Source of the DNA: an uncultured Bacteroidota bacterium
GTDB taxonomy: Bacteria > Bacteroidota > Bacteroidia > Bacteroidales > WCHB1-69
DNA: 64,000 bases
NCBI GenBank assembly: GCA_902796805.1
Contig: CADBQG010000001.1
Span: forward strand, 33,106-97,105
Direction: 5' to 3'
In this document: one piece after another, positions 27,247 through 37,785 of the stretch
Layout of the letters: each line of letters opens with the position of its first letter
Position numbering within the stretch: position 1 is the stretch's first letter
Made by a program: the position numbers and the translations under genes
The notes under the pieces: generated by a model
Database searches by the model: none
Seen by the model: only the letters and a program-made list of their open reading frames with translations
What the model was told of the DNA's origin: nothing

Positions 27247-28227
27247 ATGTATAAGATAGCCGTGATAGCGGGTGGCGACTCGGGCGAGCATGAGGTTTCG
27301 CTGAGGACAGCCGACAATGTAATCAGCCAGTTGGACCGCGAAAAGTTTGAACCATACAAGATAGTGTTGAGAGGCTCTGACTGGAGTCATGAGGTGGGTG
27401 GGAAGTCTTACCAAATCGACAAGAACGACTTTTCGCTTGAGATTGAAGGCACAAAGGTGTCATTCGACGCGGTTTTCATAGCCATACACGGCACACCCGG
27501 GGAGAACGGCAGGCTTCAAGGGTATTTCGACATGATAGGAATCCCATATACAGGCTCTGGAAGTTTTTCTTCAGCACTGACTTTCAACAAATTCTACTGC
27601 AATCTTGCGGTGAACCAGTTAGGCGTACCGATCTCGCCGTCGCTGCATTTCTATCGAGACGAGGAGCCTGACTTCGAGTTGGTGGAGAATGTGTGCGGCT
27701 ATCCATGTTTCGTGAAGTCGTGCAACTCAGGCTCGAGTGTAGGCGTTGTGAAGGTGAGGGAGCGCGGCGAACTCAAGCCCGCGTTTGAGGAGGCCTTCAG
27801 ATACGACAACCAGCTTATAGTGGAGAAAATGGTGCACGGGAGGGAGCTTACATGCGGTGTAACCTCCGTGTACGGCGGCGCGAAAATGATTGCCGTGACG
27901 GAAGTGGTGGCCAACAACGACTTCTACGACTACGATGCCAAGTACACCGACGCCGGACACGACCTGCTGACGCCGGCAGACATCAGCCCGGAACTCCGGG
28001 AAACGCTGAAACGCTACTCCGAACTCATATTCCGCAGGCTCGACTGCAAGGGTGTGGCACGAGTCGACTTCATGGTCGACGAGACGAACAAAGTGCCGTA
28101 TTTTCTGGAAATAAACACGGTGCCAGGAATGACCGCGCTCAGCATCGTGCCCGACCAGGTGAAGCATGCCGGCCTCGACATTAAACAATTCTATTCAAAG
28201 TTAATCGAAGAGACACTGAACAAATGA
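27247..28227 (+). CDS. ddl: D-alanine--D-alanine ligase
   Basis: KIAVIAGGDSGEHEVSL N-terminus, ATP-grasp core, and C-terminal YFLEINTVPGMT. Confidence 0.9.
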   Translation: MYKIAVIAGGDSGEHEVSLRTADNVISQLDREKFEPYKIVLRGSDWSHEVGGKSYQIDKNDFSLEIEGTKVSFDAVFIAIHGTPGENGRLQGYFDMIGIPYTGSGSFSSALTFNKFYCNLAVNQLGVPISPSLHFYRDEEPDFELVENVCGYPCFVKSCNSGSSVGVVKVRERGELKPAFEEAFRYDNQLIVEKMVHGRELTCGVTSVYGGAKMIAVTEVVANNDFYDYDAKYTDAGHDLLTPADISPELRETLKRYSELIFRRLDCKGVARVDFMVDETNKVPYFLEINTVPGMTALSIVPDQVKHAGLDIKQFYSKLIEETLNK

Positions 28228-29267
28228 CTTTCATGCGAGGGAACATTTACAGAATCATATCGTTTTTTGTCGTCGGGATCGTTTGTGTGCAGGCTTTTCC
28301 AGTATCGGCGCAGTACAACGAAGACGACATTTACAGGTATGTTGAGGAATACGCTGATGTGGCGATGAAAAAGATGGCCGAGTACGGGATACCAGCAAGT
28401 ATTACAATAGCGCAGGGTGTGTTCGAGAGCGCGTGCGGCCGCAGCCGCCTGGCCACAGAGGGCAACAACCATTTCGGGATAAAGTGCCATACGGAGTGGA
28501 CGGGCGACACGATACTCATCGACGACGACGAACTCCAGGAATGCTTCCGGAAATATGGTTCCGTGGCCGAGTCGTACAACGACCATTCGGTATTCCTGAC
28601 CACGAGGAAAAGGTATTCCAATCTCTTCGACCTCGACATACTCGACTACAAGGCATGGGCGCGCACGCTGAAGGAGGACGGATACGCCACAAACCCGCAA
28701 TACGCCGACCGCCTCATAAGCCTCATAGAGAGGTTCAACATCGCCCGTCTCGACACGCTTTGCCTTAGCGGGCGGAACATCGAAACTCCAGAAAAAGAGA
28801 TAGTACAGACACAGGTCAGGCAAGAAGGGAGTCCTTCCAAGGCACAGGCGCAGCAGCATGTGAAAAAGCACACGAGGAAGGTGTTCACCGCCACCGGCAG
28901 CGAATATCCTTCAGATGAGAGCCCTTTCGTGTACAGGAAGGTGTTCAAGAACAACAACACCTATTTCGTCATAGCGCAAGAGGGCGACACGTACGAGAAG
29001 ATAGCGCAGGACATCCTGGTGATGTCGGAAAGCCTGCGCAAGTTCAACGACGCCGGGCCGGCCGACCAGCCCGTGGAGAACGAGATTGTGTATGTGGAGG
29101 CCAAGGCGAGGGGAAACGCCGCGCGTGTCCATACGGTACAGGAAGGCGAAACCCTCCGCTACATATCCCAGAGATACGGCGTACAGCTAAAGCATATACT
29201 GAAATACAACCTATTGGATGAAAACCACACCGTCAGACCCGGCGACCAGATATTGTTAAGAAGATAA
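28224..29267 (+). CDS. GH73-type N-acetylglucosaminidase domain plus C-terminal LysM protein
   Basis: GIPASITIAQGVFESACG (catalytic Glu context) and NHFGIKC. C-terminal LysM-like HTVQEGETLRYISQRYGV...VRPGDQILL. Signal peptide present. Confidence 0.8.
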   Translation: MTFMRGNIYRIISFFVVGIVCVQAFPVSAQYNEDDIYRYVEEYADVAMKKMAEYGIPASITIAQGVFESACGRSRLATEGNNHFGIKCHTEWTGDTILIDDDELQECFRKYGSVAESYNDHSVFLTTRKRYSNLFDLDILDYKAWARTLKEDGYATNPQYADRLISLIERFNIARLDTLCLSGRNIETPEKEIVQTQVRQEGSPSKAQAQQHVKKHTRKVFTATGSEYPSDESPFVYRKVFKNNNTYFVIAQEGDTYEKIAQDILVMSESLRKFNDAGPADQPVENEIVYVEAKARGNAARVHTVQEGETLRYISQRYGVQLKHILKYNLLDENHTVRPGDQILLRR

Positions 29268-29277
29268 ACCATTAGAG

Positions 29278-30486
29278 ATGAAAAAGATATTAACCCTGCT
29301 GATGTTGTCATGCGTGTGTTTTGCATGTTACCCGCAATACACCATGGAAGACAAGGTCTATGACTACATAGACGAATACAAGAACCTCGCGATGCTTGAG
29401 ATGGAGAAATACGGCATACCGGCGAGCATCACGCTTGCGCAGGCGATATACTCCTCGCAGGCCGGAACCAACGACCTTGTGCGCGAATGCCACAACCACT
29501 TCGCCATAATGTGTCACACCAAGGAGTGGAAAGGCGACACATACTACCGGCCCGGCGACAAGAACAGGGAGAACTGCTACAGGAAGTATGGCTCCGCCGA
29601 GGAGTCTTACCGTGACCATTCACTCTTCCTTTCAACGAGAAGCCGCTATGTGAAACTGTTTTACTATCCGGTAACAGACTACAGGTCATGGGCTAATGGC
29701 CTGTTGGAGGCAGGGTTTTCCGGGAACCCGAAATATGCCGACACGCTTATCTCTATAATAGAGAAATACTATCTGATGCACTATGACAGGAAGGTGGCGC
29801 AGAAGATGGGCGACACCGCCGCCCTTAAAGAGGTTCAGAAGCCGAAGCCTGCGCGCGTGGAGACTGCGGGAGAAACGAGCAGACCGGCGGAAAGCTACAT
29901 TTCCGCAAGGCCGGAACCGAAGCGAGAGACACCCAAGGAAGAGACTAAGCCAAAGCCCGAGCCTAAGCAGGAACCTGCCAAGACTTCAGAACAGCCCGTT
30001 GTTCAGCAGGACAAGCCGAAAGTGCAGGAAAACACCGTCTCCAAACCCGAAAATCAGGTGGAGAAACTTCCCGAAAAGGTGAACGGACTGAACGTATTTG
30101 TACTCGACCCTTACGCGGTTCCCTTCAAATCGGCGTATTATCCCTACACCAGTCGCCCGGTGTACGAGAACAACAAGACGAAGTTCATACTGGCCCGTGT
30201 CGGCGACACGTACCACAAACTTGCCGCCACGCTGCAGATGACCGAAAAGAACCTGCGGCTGTATAACGACGTTTACGACGATTCGGAGCCGATAGAGGAC
30301 GAGGTGGTCTATTTAGAGATGAAAAGCACCAAGTCGCAGATTCCGTACCATGTGCTCCAGAACGGCGACACATACAGGTACATAGCCCAGAGGTACGGCA
30401 TCCAGCTGAAGATACTCATCAAGCGCAACAGCGGCAACATCAACAGCTATGGCGAGGGCGACAAGATATGCATAGGCTGTAATTAG
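29278..30486 (+). CDS. GH73-like plus LysM paralog with P/K/E-rich linker; catalytic Glu replaced
   Basis: GIPASITLAQAIYSSQAG aligns to the paralog motif with Ser at the Glu position (codon 29452-29454). LysM-like HVLQNGDTYRYIAQRYGI at the C-terminus. Confidence 0.75.
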   Translation: MKKILTLLMLSCVCFACYPQYTMEDKVYDYIDEYKNLAMLEMEKYGIPASITLAQAIYSSQAGTNDLVRECHNHFAIMCHTKEWKGDTYYRPGDKNRENCYRKYGSAEESYRDHSLFLSTRSRYVKLFYYPVTDYRSWANGLLEAGFSGNPKYADTLISIIEKYYLMHYDRKVAQKMGDTAALKEVQKPKPARVETAGETSRPAESYISARPEPKRETPKEETKPKPEPKQEPAKTSEQPVVQQDKPKVQENTVSKPENQVEKLPEKVNGLNVFVLDPYAVPFKSAYYPYTSRPVYENNKTKFILARVGDTYHKLAATLQMTEKNLRLYNDVYDDSEPIEDEVVYLEMKSTKSQIPYHVLQNGDTYRYIAQRYGIQLKILIKRNSGNINSYGEGDKICIGCN

Positions 30487-30489
30487 GAA

Positions 30490-31452
30490 ATGGCGAAGTC
30501 GTTTTACCATTTCAACCCGAAAACGCTCACGTATGAGAAGGTGAAGATTAGTTTCAAGCACCTTTTCAAGCGCGTTGTATGGGTTTTTGCGAGCGGCGTG
30601 GCCTTCGCCCTGGTCTTTGTTTGGATTGGATTCTACTTCGTGGATTCCCCGAAGGTGAAGCTTCTGGAGAGGGAGAACAACGAGCTAAAGACCGAGGTAG
30701 AGTATCTTGACGGCAGAATCGACCTTATGTCGGAGGTTCTTGCCGACATCGAGGACCGGGATGACAACATCTACAGGAGCGTGTTCGAGACGGATCCGGT
30801 ACCGAGGGAGGAGCGATATCCGCTTATAGCCGAGGACACCCGTTTCGACAGCCTTTCGCGCTCCGACGCCAACAAGCTTCTCAAGAGCGCCAACAAGAAA
30901 GCCGACCAGTTGATGGTGAGGCTTGCAGCGCAGAGCCGCTCCCTCGACACCCTGGCACGCCTGGCCGGCTCAAAGGCCGACATGCTGGCCGCCATTCCCG
31001 CCATACGCCCCCTCAAGAACATGTACACCATAACGTCGGGTTTCGGGAAACGCTATCATCCGGTGTTAAAGACACTAAGGAACCACACCGGCGTTGACAT
31101 CGCCGCACCGAAGGGCACGCCGATATATGCCACCGCCGACGGAATAGTCTCACGCGAGAACCCGGGTTCCGGCTACGGGACTTGTGTCCTCATAAACCAC
31201 GGATATTCCTACCAGACCCTATATGCTCACATGTCGAAAGCCGCTGTGCGGCCAGGACAGAAGGTGAAGCGCGGACAACTCGTGGGCTACGTGGGCTCCA
31301 CGGGCATGTCGTCGGGTTCGCATCTCCATTACGAAGTCCTGAAGAACGGCCAGCATGTGAACCCTATATACTATTTCTTCATCGACATAACTCCCGAAGA
31401 GTACAATTCGCTGCTGGAATCATCGAAGAAAATAAACCAGGCCCTCTCATAA
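30490..31452 (+). CDS. M23 family metallopeptidase
   Basis: HTGVDIAAPKGTPIYATADG and GSTGMSSGSHLHYEV (HxxxD / HxH motifs); N-terminal TM and coiled coil. Confidence 0.87.
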   Translation: MAKSFYHFNPKTLTYEKVKISFKHLFKRVVWVFASGVAFALVFVWIGFYFVDSPKVKLLERENNELKTEVEYLDGRIDLMSEVLADIEDRDDNIYRSVFETDPVPREERYPLIAEDTRFDSLSRSDANKLLKSANKKADQLMVRLAAQSRSLDTLARLAGSKADMLAAIPAIRPLKNMYTITSGFGKRYHPVLKTLRNHTGVDIAAPKGTPIYATADGIVSRENPGSGYGTCVLINHGYSYQTLYAHMSKAAVRPGQKVKRGQLVGYVGSTGMSSGSHLHYEVLKNGQHVNPIYYFFIDITPEEYNSLLESSKKINQALS

Positions 31453-31456
31453 CACT

Positions 31457-33100
31457 ATGTTGATAAGAAAATTGAAATACTTTTTTTTGTGTGTGGTCCT
31501 TTCCGCAGCTTTCCACTCCTGCGGCGGCAGGTTCACGAATGAAGGAAGGCAGATATTCCACTACAACGAGTCGGCGGGAATCACCAGCCTCGACCCGGCG
31601 TTCGCCTCCGGACAGTCGGCAATATGGGCCTGCAATCAACTGTTCAACGGACTTGTTGACCTCGACAGGAACCTCGAGGTGGTGCCGGCCATCGCAAAGT
31701 CGTGGACCATCTCGGAAGACGGGAAGACGTACACTTTCATTCTGCGCGACGATGTGCGGTTTCATAATACTGATTTCTCCGGATTCAGCGGCCCGCGTTA
31801 TGTCACCGCTTATGATTTCGTTTACAGCCTTTCGCGTATCCTCGACAAGGAGACCGCTTCGCCTGGCGCCTGGATTTTCAGGAAGGTGAAGACACTTGCA
31901 GACGGAAGGCCTTCTTTCACGGCGTTGAACGACACCGTGCTGAGAATAGAGCTTACAGAGCCGTTTCCACCGTTCCTCGGAATACTTGCCATGAAATACT
32001 GCTCTGTTGTGCCCAAGGAGGTGGTGGAAAAATACGGGAAGGACTTCAGGAAGCATCCGGTCGGGACCGGGCCGTTCCAGATCAAGATGTGGGAGGAGGG
32101 CGTGAAACTGGTGATGAGAAAAAACCCTGACTACTTCGAGAGGGACTCCGCCGGCAGAAGGCTGCCCTATATCGACGCCGTTGCGGTGTCTTTTATAGTT
32201 GACAAACAGTCGGTCTTCATGGAATTCATGAAAGGCACGCTTGACTTCATGTCGGGTATTGACCCGAGCTACAAGGACGCGCTTCTCACTAAGGATGGCA
32301 GACTCAACGAAGAATATGCCGACAAAGTCCAGCTGCTGACGGGTCCGTACCTGAATACAGAGTATCTTGGCTTCAACCTGAAAAACACGGAAGAAGCCAA
32401 CCCTTTGCTTGACAAGAGAGTGCGCAAGGCCATAAACTACGGTTTCGACAGAAAGAAGATGATGAAATACCTGCGCAACGACATGGGTTATGCCGGAACT
32501 GCCGGGTTTGTGCCGCGCGGCCTGCCCTCGTTCGACCCGGAGCGCACCGGAGGATACGACTACAACCCCGAGAAGGCTTTGCAACTGCTTGTCGAGGCCG
32601 GCTACCCCAACGGCTCGGGGCTGCCGGAGATAACGCTTACTGTGTCGGCCCAATATGCCGACTTGTGTCAGTATATACAGCATGAACTTTCGAAAATTGG
32701 CGTAATCCTGAAACTCGACATCGCGCAGGCCGCCCAGCAGAGGGAGATGATGCGCGCCTACCAGCTGCCTTTCTTTCGCGGCTCCTGGATCAGCGACTAT
32801 CCTGACGCCGAGAATCAGATGGCCCTCTTCTACTCGAAAAACCTCCAGCCACACGGCTCCAACTACACACATTACGAAAATCCGAAGTTCGATGCGCTGT
32901 ACGAGAAGTCGCAGACCTGCACCGACGATTCGGCAAGGAACGGATATTATGTCATGATGGACTCCCTGTTGGTCAGCGACGCGCCTTTCGTGGTGCTATA
33001 TTACGACAAGGTGGTGAGATTCGCGCGCCGGAATGTAAGCGGCCTCGATCCCAATCCCATCAACATGCTCGACCTCCGGAGGGTTACTATCGGCAGGTAG
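31457..33100 (+). CDS. ABC transporter substrate-binding protein, family 5 (peptide/nickel type)
   Basis: ITSLDPAFA...NQLFNGLV...AKSWTISEDGKTYTFILR is the typical SBP_bac_5 N-terminus. No adjacent permease genes. Confidence 0.85.
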   Translation: MLIRKLKYFFLCVVLSAAFHSCGGRFTNEGRQIFHYNESAGITSLDPAFASGQSAIWACNQLFNGLVDLDRNLEVVPAIAKSWTISEDGKTYTFILRDDVRFHNTDFSGFSGPRYVTAYDFVYSLSRILDKETASPGAWIFRKVKTLADGRPSFTALNDTVLRIELTEPFPPFLGILAMKYCSVVPKEVVEKYGKDFRKHPVGTGPFQIKMWEEGVKLVMRKNPDYFERDSAGRRLPYIDAVAVSFIVDKQSVFMEFMKGTLDFMSGIDPSYKDALLTKDGRLNEEYADKVQLLTGPYLNTEYLGFNLKNTEEANPLLDKRVRKAINYGFDRKKMMKYLRNDMGYAGTAGFVPRGLPSFDPERTGGYDYNPEKALQLLVEAGYPNGSGLPEITLTVSAQYADLCQYIQHELSKIGVILKLDIAQAAQQREMMRAYQLPFFRGSWISDYPDAENQMALFYSKNLQPHGSNYTHYENPKFDALYEKSQTCTDDSARNGYYVMMDSLLVSDAPFVVLYYDKVVRFARRNVSGLDPNPINMLDLRRVTIGR

Positions 33101-33161
33101 CCTGCGCCGCGGCAATGGTGCTTTCTGTTGCAGTAAATGTCGGTTGCCTCCGCTTTTTTTT

Positions 33162-33169
33162 TATCTTTG
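33162..33169 (+). promoter_or_regulatory. Candidate -7 box TATCTTTG
   Basis: TAnnTTTG match, 25 nt upstream of the der ATG. Confidence 0.4.
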
Positions 33170-33193
33170 CGGTTTGTTTTTGAATAATCTGTT

Positions 33194-34498
33194 ATGGGAA
33201 ACATATTGTCATTAATCGGACGTCCGAACGTCGGCAAATCCACTTTCTTCAACCGCCTGATACAGGCGAGAGAGGCCATTGTCGACTCCACGGCCGGCGT
33301 AACCCGAGACCGGCATTACGGGAAGTCGCATTGGAACGGATTTGAATTCTCCGTCATCGACACGGGAGGCTATGTGGTCGGCTCCGACGATATTTTCGAG
33401 TCGGAAATACGCAAGCAGGCCGCACTTGCCATCGACGAGTCGGATGTGATAGTCTTCATGGTCGACGGGCGCGAGGGCCTTACACCGCTTGATGAGGAGA
33501 TTGCAGGCATACTCCGCAGGTCGAAAAAACCTTTCTATCTTGCGGTCAATAAAATCGACAGTCCGTCTAACTATTTGGACCACACCGAATTTTATTCTCT
33601 TGGCATATCAGATGTATATCCTATTTCCGCCGTCTCGGGAAGCGGTACCGGCGACCTTCTCGACGCGGTTGTGACTCATTTCTCGAAAGAGTCTGACGAG
33701 ATTCCCGACGACCTGCCCCGCATTGCCATAGTTGGCAAGCCCAATGCCGGAAAATCCTCCATCATCAACGCATTCTTGGGTGAAGACAGGCACATAGTAA
33801 CGCCTCTTGCCGGAACTACCCGCGACACCAACTTCACCAGGTACAGGAATTTCGGCTTCGATTTTTACCTCATTGACACTGCAGGATTGAGAAAGAAGAG
33901 AAAAGTGGAGGAGAACTTGGAGTTCTATTCCGTGATGAGGGCGGTGAGGTCAATAGAGAACGCCGATGTGTGCATTGTGATGACAGACGCCTCGCAGGGT
34001 TTCGATTCACAAGATCTTAACATATTCGGACTTGTGGCGAGAAACCATAAAGGAGTTGTGCTTGTGATGAACAAGTGGGATCTTGTGGAAAAAGACACCC
34101 ACACGCACAAGAATTACGAAACTTATGTCAGGAAGAAAATCTCCCCTTTTTCAGATGTACCCATAATTTTCACGTCTGTAACGGAGAAACAGCGCATATA
34201 CAAGGTGATAGAAACAGCAATACAGGTGTACAAAAACCGCTCAAGGAGAATCTCCACGTCGGAGCTCAACGACACACTGCTGCCCATCATCGCCAACACG
34301 CCACCTCCAATGAACAAAGACAAGGTGATAAGGATAAAATACGTCACCCAACTGCCTGTGGCTTACCCGACCTTCGCGTTTTTCTGCAACCTGCCCCAAT
34401 ATGTCATTGAACCGTACAAAAGATTCCTCGAGAACCAGATACGCAAGCATTGGGACTTCTCGGGCGTGCCGATAGAAATCTATTTCAGAAAAAAATAA
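33194..34498 (+). CDS. der: Ribosome biogenesis GTPase Der (EngA)
   Basis: Two tandem GTPase domains (GRPNVGKST and GKPNAGKSS P-loops) and a KH-like C-terminus. Confidence 0.93.
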   Translation: MGNILSLIGRPNVGKSTFFNRLIQAREAIVDSTAGVTRDRHYGKSHWNGFEFSVIDTGGYVVGSDDIFESEIRKQAALAIDESDVIVFMVDGREGLTPLDEEIAGILRRSKKPFYLAVNKIDSPSNYLDHTEFYSLGISDVYPISAVSGSGTGDLLDAVVTHFSKESDEIPDDLPRIAIVGKPNAGKSSIINAFLGEDRHIVTPLAGTTRDTNFTRYRNFGFDFYLIDTAGLRKKRKVEENLEFYSVMRAVRSIENADVCIVMTDASQGFDSQDLNIFGLVARNHKGVVLVMNKWDLVEKDTHTHKNYETYVRKKISPFSDVPIIFTSVTEKQRIYKVIETAIQVYKNRSRRISTSELNDTLLPIIANTPPPMNKDKVIRIKYVTQLPVAYPTFAFFCNLPQYVIEPYKRFLENQIRKHWDFSGVPIEIYFRKK

Positions 34499-34503
34499 AG
34501 AAA

Positions 34504-35823
34504 ATGAAAAAACATATCCTTCTCCCGTTTTTTATCCTGGCAGCCCTGTCGCTCGATGCGCAGGACACCGTCAGGAACTATTGGAAGAACAACAACAAGC
34601 TCATGTCGGTAGGAGTGATGGTGAAAGGCAAGGAGCAGGGGCACTGGGTCTATTATCATAACAACGGGAAGAAATGGACAGAGGGAGACTATGTTGACGG
34701 TGAGAAGGCCGGTGTGTGGAAAGTGTGGTACGACAATGGCAGGCTCGGACAGGAGTACAGTGCCGTTGACGGACCTTTCAAAAGCTGGTTCGAGTCGGGC
34801 GGCGAAGAGGCTACAGGCCAGTTCAAGAACCGGAAGCGCGATGGAGAATGGGTGTTCTTCCATCCCAACGGACAGCTTCACAAAAAGGTGAAATATATTG
34901 ACGACAAAATCGAAGGCCATGTGACAGAATACTACGACAATGGTGAAAAATACTTTGAAGGGACGTACAAGGATGGACTGTTGGAGGGCTATGCCTGCTG
35001 GTGGAACCGCGGCGGCACAAAGGAGATGGAAGGAGATCTTCTCCACGACCTTCAGCAGGGAAGATGGAAGTATTATGACCTGAACGGCAAGCTCGGCAGC
35101 GAGGGCGACTTTGAAAAAGGACAGCAGGAAGGTGCCTGGACGTATTACTATGAAAACGGAAGTGTTTGGCGCAAAGGTGTTTATGTAAGAGGAAAACGCT
35201 CCGGGGAATGGAAGGCTTGGTACGAAAACGGGAAAATACAGCGTGAGGGCTTTTTCAAAAACGACCTTGAGAACGGGAAGTGGATTTCTTACTACGAGAA
35301 CGGGAGAGTGAAGGACCAGGGAACTTTCAAGAACGCTCAGTTGGACGGATTTTGGGAAGGATGGTATGAAAACGGCTTCAAAAAATACGAAAACAACTAC
35401 AAAACCGGCGTCCTTGACGGAATTTCAACCTACTATTGGGAGGAGACAGGGAAAAAATCGAGGAGCGGAAAATATGTCAACAACGAGAAAAACGGCCAGT
35501 GGAGCGAGTTTGCCCAGAACGGCCATCTTGTTTCCAAAGGTAAATATTCAAATGACCTCAAGGAGGGGAAATGGGTTTTCTACAACATGTACGACAAGAA
35601 AATAAGGGAGCAGAATTTTGTTAATGATGTCGCTGAAGGTTCTTTCACTGAGTATTATGACAACGGGGTGAAGCATTTCCAGGGAGCCTACAGGAACAGG
35701 AGCAGGCATGGAAAATGGTCGTGCTGGACACCAGCGGGCAGGCTTTATTACAGTGCCGTTTTTGAAAACGGGCGCAAGGTGAAGGAGATTTTCGCAACCG
35801 ACCCCAAAAAAACACCCTTCTGA
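34504..35823 (+). CDS. MORN-repeat (YwqK-like) secreted protein
   Basis: Signal MKKHILLPFFILAALSLDAQ. Many repeats of G.W..Y(Y/H).NG....EG.(Y/F)..G...G.W. Confidence 0.75.
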   Translation: MKKHILLPFFILAALSLDAQDTVRNYWKNNNKLMSVGVMVKGKEQGHWVYYHNNGKKWTEGDYVDGEKAGVWKVWYDNGRLGQEYSAVDGPFKSWFESGGEEATGQFKNRKRDGEWVFFHPNGQLHKKVKYIDDKIEGHVTEYYDNGEKYFEGTYKDGLLEGYACWWNRGGTKEMEGDLLHDLQQGRWKYYDLNGKLGSEGDFEKGQQEGAWTYYYENGSVWRKGVYVRGKRSGEWKAWYENGKIQREGFFKNDLENGKWISYYENGRVKDQGTFKNAQLDGFWEGWYENGFKKYENNYKTGVLDGISTYYWEETGKKSRSGKYVNNEKNGQWSEFAQNGHLVSKGKYSNDLKEGKWVFYNMYDKKIREQNFVNDVAEGSFTEYYDNGVKHFQGAYRNRSRHGKWSCWTPAGRLYYSAVFENGRKVKEIFATDPKKTPF

Positions 35824-35887
35824 AACTATGGTAAAACGGTCGTCCCTGTCTGAAATAATAAACCGAAAGAAGTTAAAAACCCTTAAT

Positions 35888-36523
35888 ATGAACATCAGGA
35901 TTTTCAGATTCAACCCTATAATGGTGAACACCTACGTCTTGTCGGACGAGACCGGCGAGGGCATTATAGTGGATCCGGGGAACTGCAACCGCGGCGAGGA
36001 TGAAAGGCTTAAGGAATATGTTGTTTCCCAGGGGATTAAGCTGAAATACATAGTCAATACTCATCCGCATGTCGATCATATAGTCGGTAATCCCTGGTGC
36101 GTGGCGGAGTTCGGAGTTCCTGTGTACATGCACGGCGCAGGATTGCCTATATACAACAAATCGTATGCTTATGCCATCGCTTTCGGAATGACTATAGATG
36201 AGATGCCGCAGCCAGGAAGACTACTCGAGGATGGAGATGTGATTGCGTTCGGAAACACTTCACTTACAGTTCTTTATACCCCAGGTCATTGCGACGGAAG
36301 CATCTGCTTGTATGATGAAAAGGAAAAGATTGTGTTCACCGGTGATCTGATTTTTGAACATTGCGTGGGCCGGAGCGACCTGCCAACGGGCAATGAAGAT
36401 GTTCTGCAGCGGAGTGTCAGGGAGAAGATACTTGCAATGGACGATGATGTGGTGATATTGTCGGGCCACGGCGACCAGACAACCGTGGGGGAGGAAAGAA
36501 AAAACAATATCTATATTCATTGA
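35888..36523 (+). CDS. MBL-fold metallo-hydrolase
   Basis: VNTHPHVDHIVG (HxHxDH motif), TPGHCDGS, GHGDQTTVG. Confidence 0.82.
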   Translation: MNIRIFRFNPIMVNTYVLSDETGEGIIVDPGNCNRGEDERLKEYVVSQGIKLKYIVNTHPHVDHIVGNPWCVAEFGVPVYMHGAGLPIYNKSYAYAIAFGMTIDEMPQPGRLLEDGDVIAFGNTSLTVLYTPGHCDGSICLYDEKEKIVFTGDLIFEHCVGRSDLPTGNEDVLQRSVREKILAMDDDVVILSGHGDQTTVGEERKNNIYIH

Positions 36524-36554
36524 GTTTTAAGAAAAATTAACACAGACATTTGAT

Positions 36555-37148
36555 ATGAGTCAAGTTCCGGTTTTTCCAGAAGAGACGTTAGAGAAGTTAG
36601 CGAAAGACTACAGGGAGGTATTGATAGGCCTTGGCGAGGATCCCGACAGGGAGGGCCTGGTGAAGACACCCATGCGCGTTGCGAAGGCGATGGACTTTCT
36701 CACTCACGGCTACCGCCAGGACCCTAAGGCGATATTGCAGAGCGCCCTGTTTCACGAGGATTACAAGCAAATAGTGGTAGTGAAGGACATCGAGATATAT
36801 TCCATGTGCGAGCACCACCTGCTGCCCTTCTTCGGGAAGGCGCATATCGGGTACATCCCGAACGGAACGATAGTCGGGTTAAGCAAGATCCCCCGCGTTG
36901 TTGAGTGTTTTGCGCGGCGGCTGCAGCTGCAGGAGCGCCTCACATCGCAGGTCAAAGACTGCCTGCAGGAGGTTCTGAACCCGCTTGGTGTCGCTGTAGT
37001 CATAGAAGCACAGCATCTCTGCATGTCGATGCGCGGCATACAGAAGCAGAACTCCGTAACCACGACGTCGGAGTTCACGGGGGCTTTCCTGAAGAACGAG
37101 AACACGCGGCAGGAATTCATGCACCTGATTGGCGCAAACCTGCACTGA
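36555..37148 (+). CDS. folE: GTP cyclohydrolase I
   Basis: [34 protein letters not shown], and HLCMSMRG motifs. Confidence 0.93.
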   Translation: MSQVPVFPEETLEKLAKDYREVLIGLGEDPDREGLVKTPMRVAKAMDFLTHGYRQDPKAILQSALFHEDYKQIVVVKDIEIYSMCEHHLLPFFGKAHIGYIPNGTIVGLSKIPRVVECFARRLQLQERLTSQVKDCLQEVLNPLGVAVVIEAQHLCMSMRGIQKQNSVTTTSEFTGAFLKNENTRQEFMHLIGANLH

Positions 37149-37156
37149 CAGCGTTG

Positions 37157-37390
37157 TCATTCCCTCTTCCTCAGCCTCTTGTTCCTGTTGCTTCTTTTTC
37201 TCCGAAACCTTTCGGCGCGGTACAGTATTGTCTCCTCGCGGAGCTCCGATACAATCTCCAGATCTTCAGGGTATGCCGTCTTTTCGTCAGGATGCCTGAG
37301 GATGCATTCCAGCGGCTTGCCAACCCAGTCTTCCGGCAGACAGATTGTTACAGTGTCGTTTCTTGGCGTCAAAATCAGCTTTTTCATCAT
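37157..37390 (-). CDS. Small hypothetical protein (77 aa) with strongly basic C-terminus
   Basis: ORF MMKKLILTPRNDTVTICLPEDWVGKPLECIL...RFRRKRSNRNKRLRKRE. Coding status is uncertain. Confidence 0.4.
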   Translation of the reverse strand: MMKKLILTPRNDTVTICLPEDWVGKPLECILRHPDEKTAYPEDLEIVSELREETILYRAERFRRKRSNRNKRLRKRE

Positions 37391-37777
37391 TGTTGTAAAT
37401 TTAGTTATGTTCTATAATCTGTGATAATTCTGACACAAATATGCTGTTATCTGAAGTTTTTGTGCTTATGTTTGATTTTAACCCGAATCGGCCTTTTGTC
37501 TTTTTAACATGTTTGTAATCAATATAATACAGGGCAAATATAAACAATAAAACGTAGTTTCGGAGCTGCGGGTCTTTTTTTTTGGTTTTCCTCTAAAGTC
37601 GCGGCTTTAGTATGCAAAACGTCATTCTGCCTGAAAAACGAAAATCAAGACTTCATTTTTGGAAAGTCAATACGACCTAAAAACCAGTTAAAAGCATGAA
37701 AACAGTTAAAAAATCATAAAAGTGGCAGGAAAGAGATAAAAAACGACAACAAGATGAGAAATCTCGTCTGAAAAGTG

Positions 37778-37785
37778 TAATTTTG
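37778..37785 (+). promoter_or_regulatory. Candidate -7 box TAATTTTG (GTAATTTTGCG)
   Basis: TAnnTTTG match, 18 nt upstream of the mutS ATG. Confidence 0.45.

Noticed and set aside
31379-32872. 497-aa minus-strand ORF antisense to the substrate-binding protein gene
   Set aside because: The protein is Arg/Val/Gly-rich and low in complexity, with no motifs. It overlaps a plus-strand gene with clear family signatures. This is a typical shadow ORF of GC-rich coding sequence.
34504-35823. YwqK-type 'antitoxin' as evidence of a toxin-antitoxin system
   Set aside because: The protein is a secreted MORN-repeat protein with a signal peptide. No toxin-like neighbour exists, so the TA label attached to this family name does not apply here.
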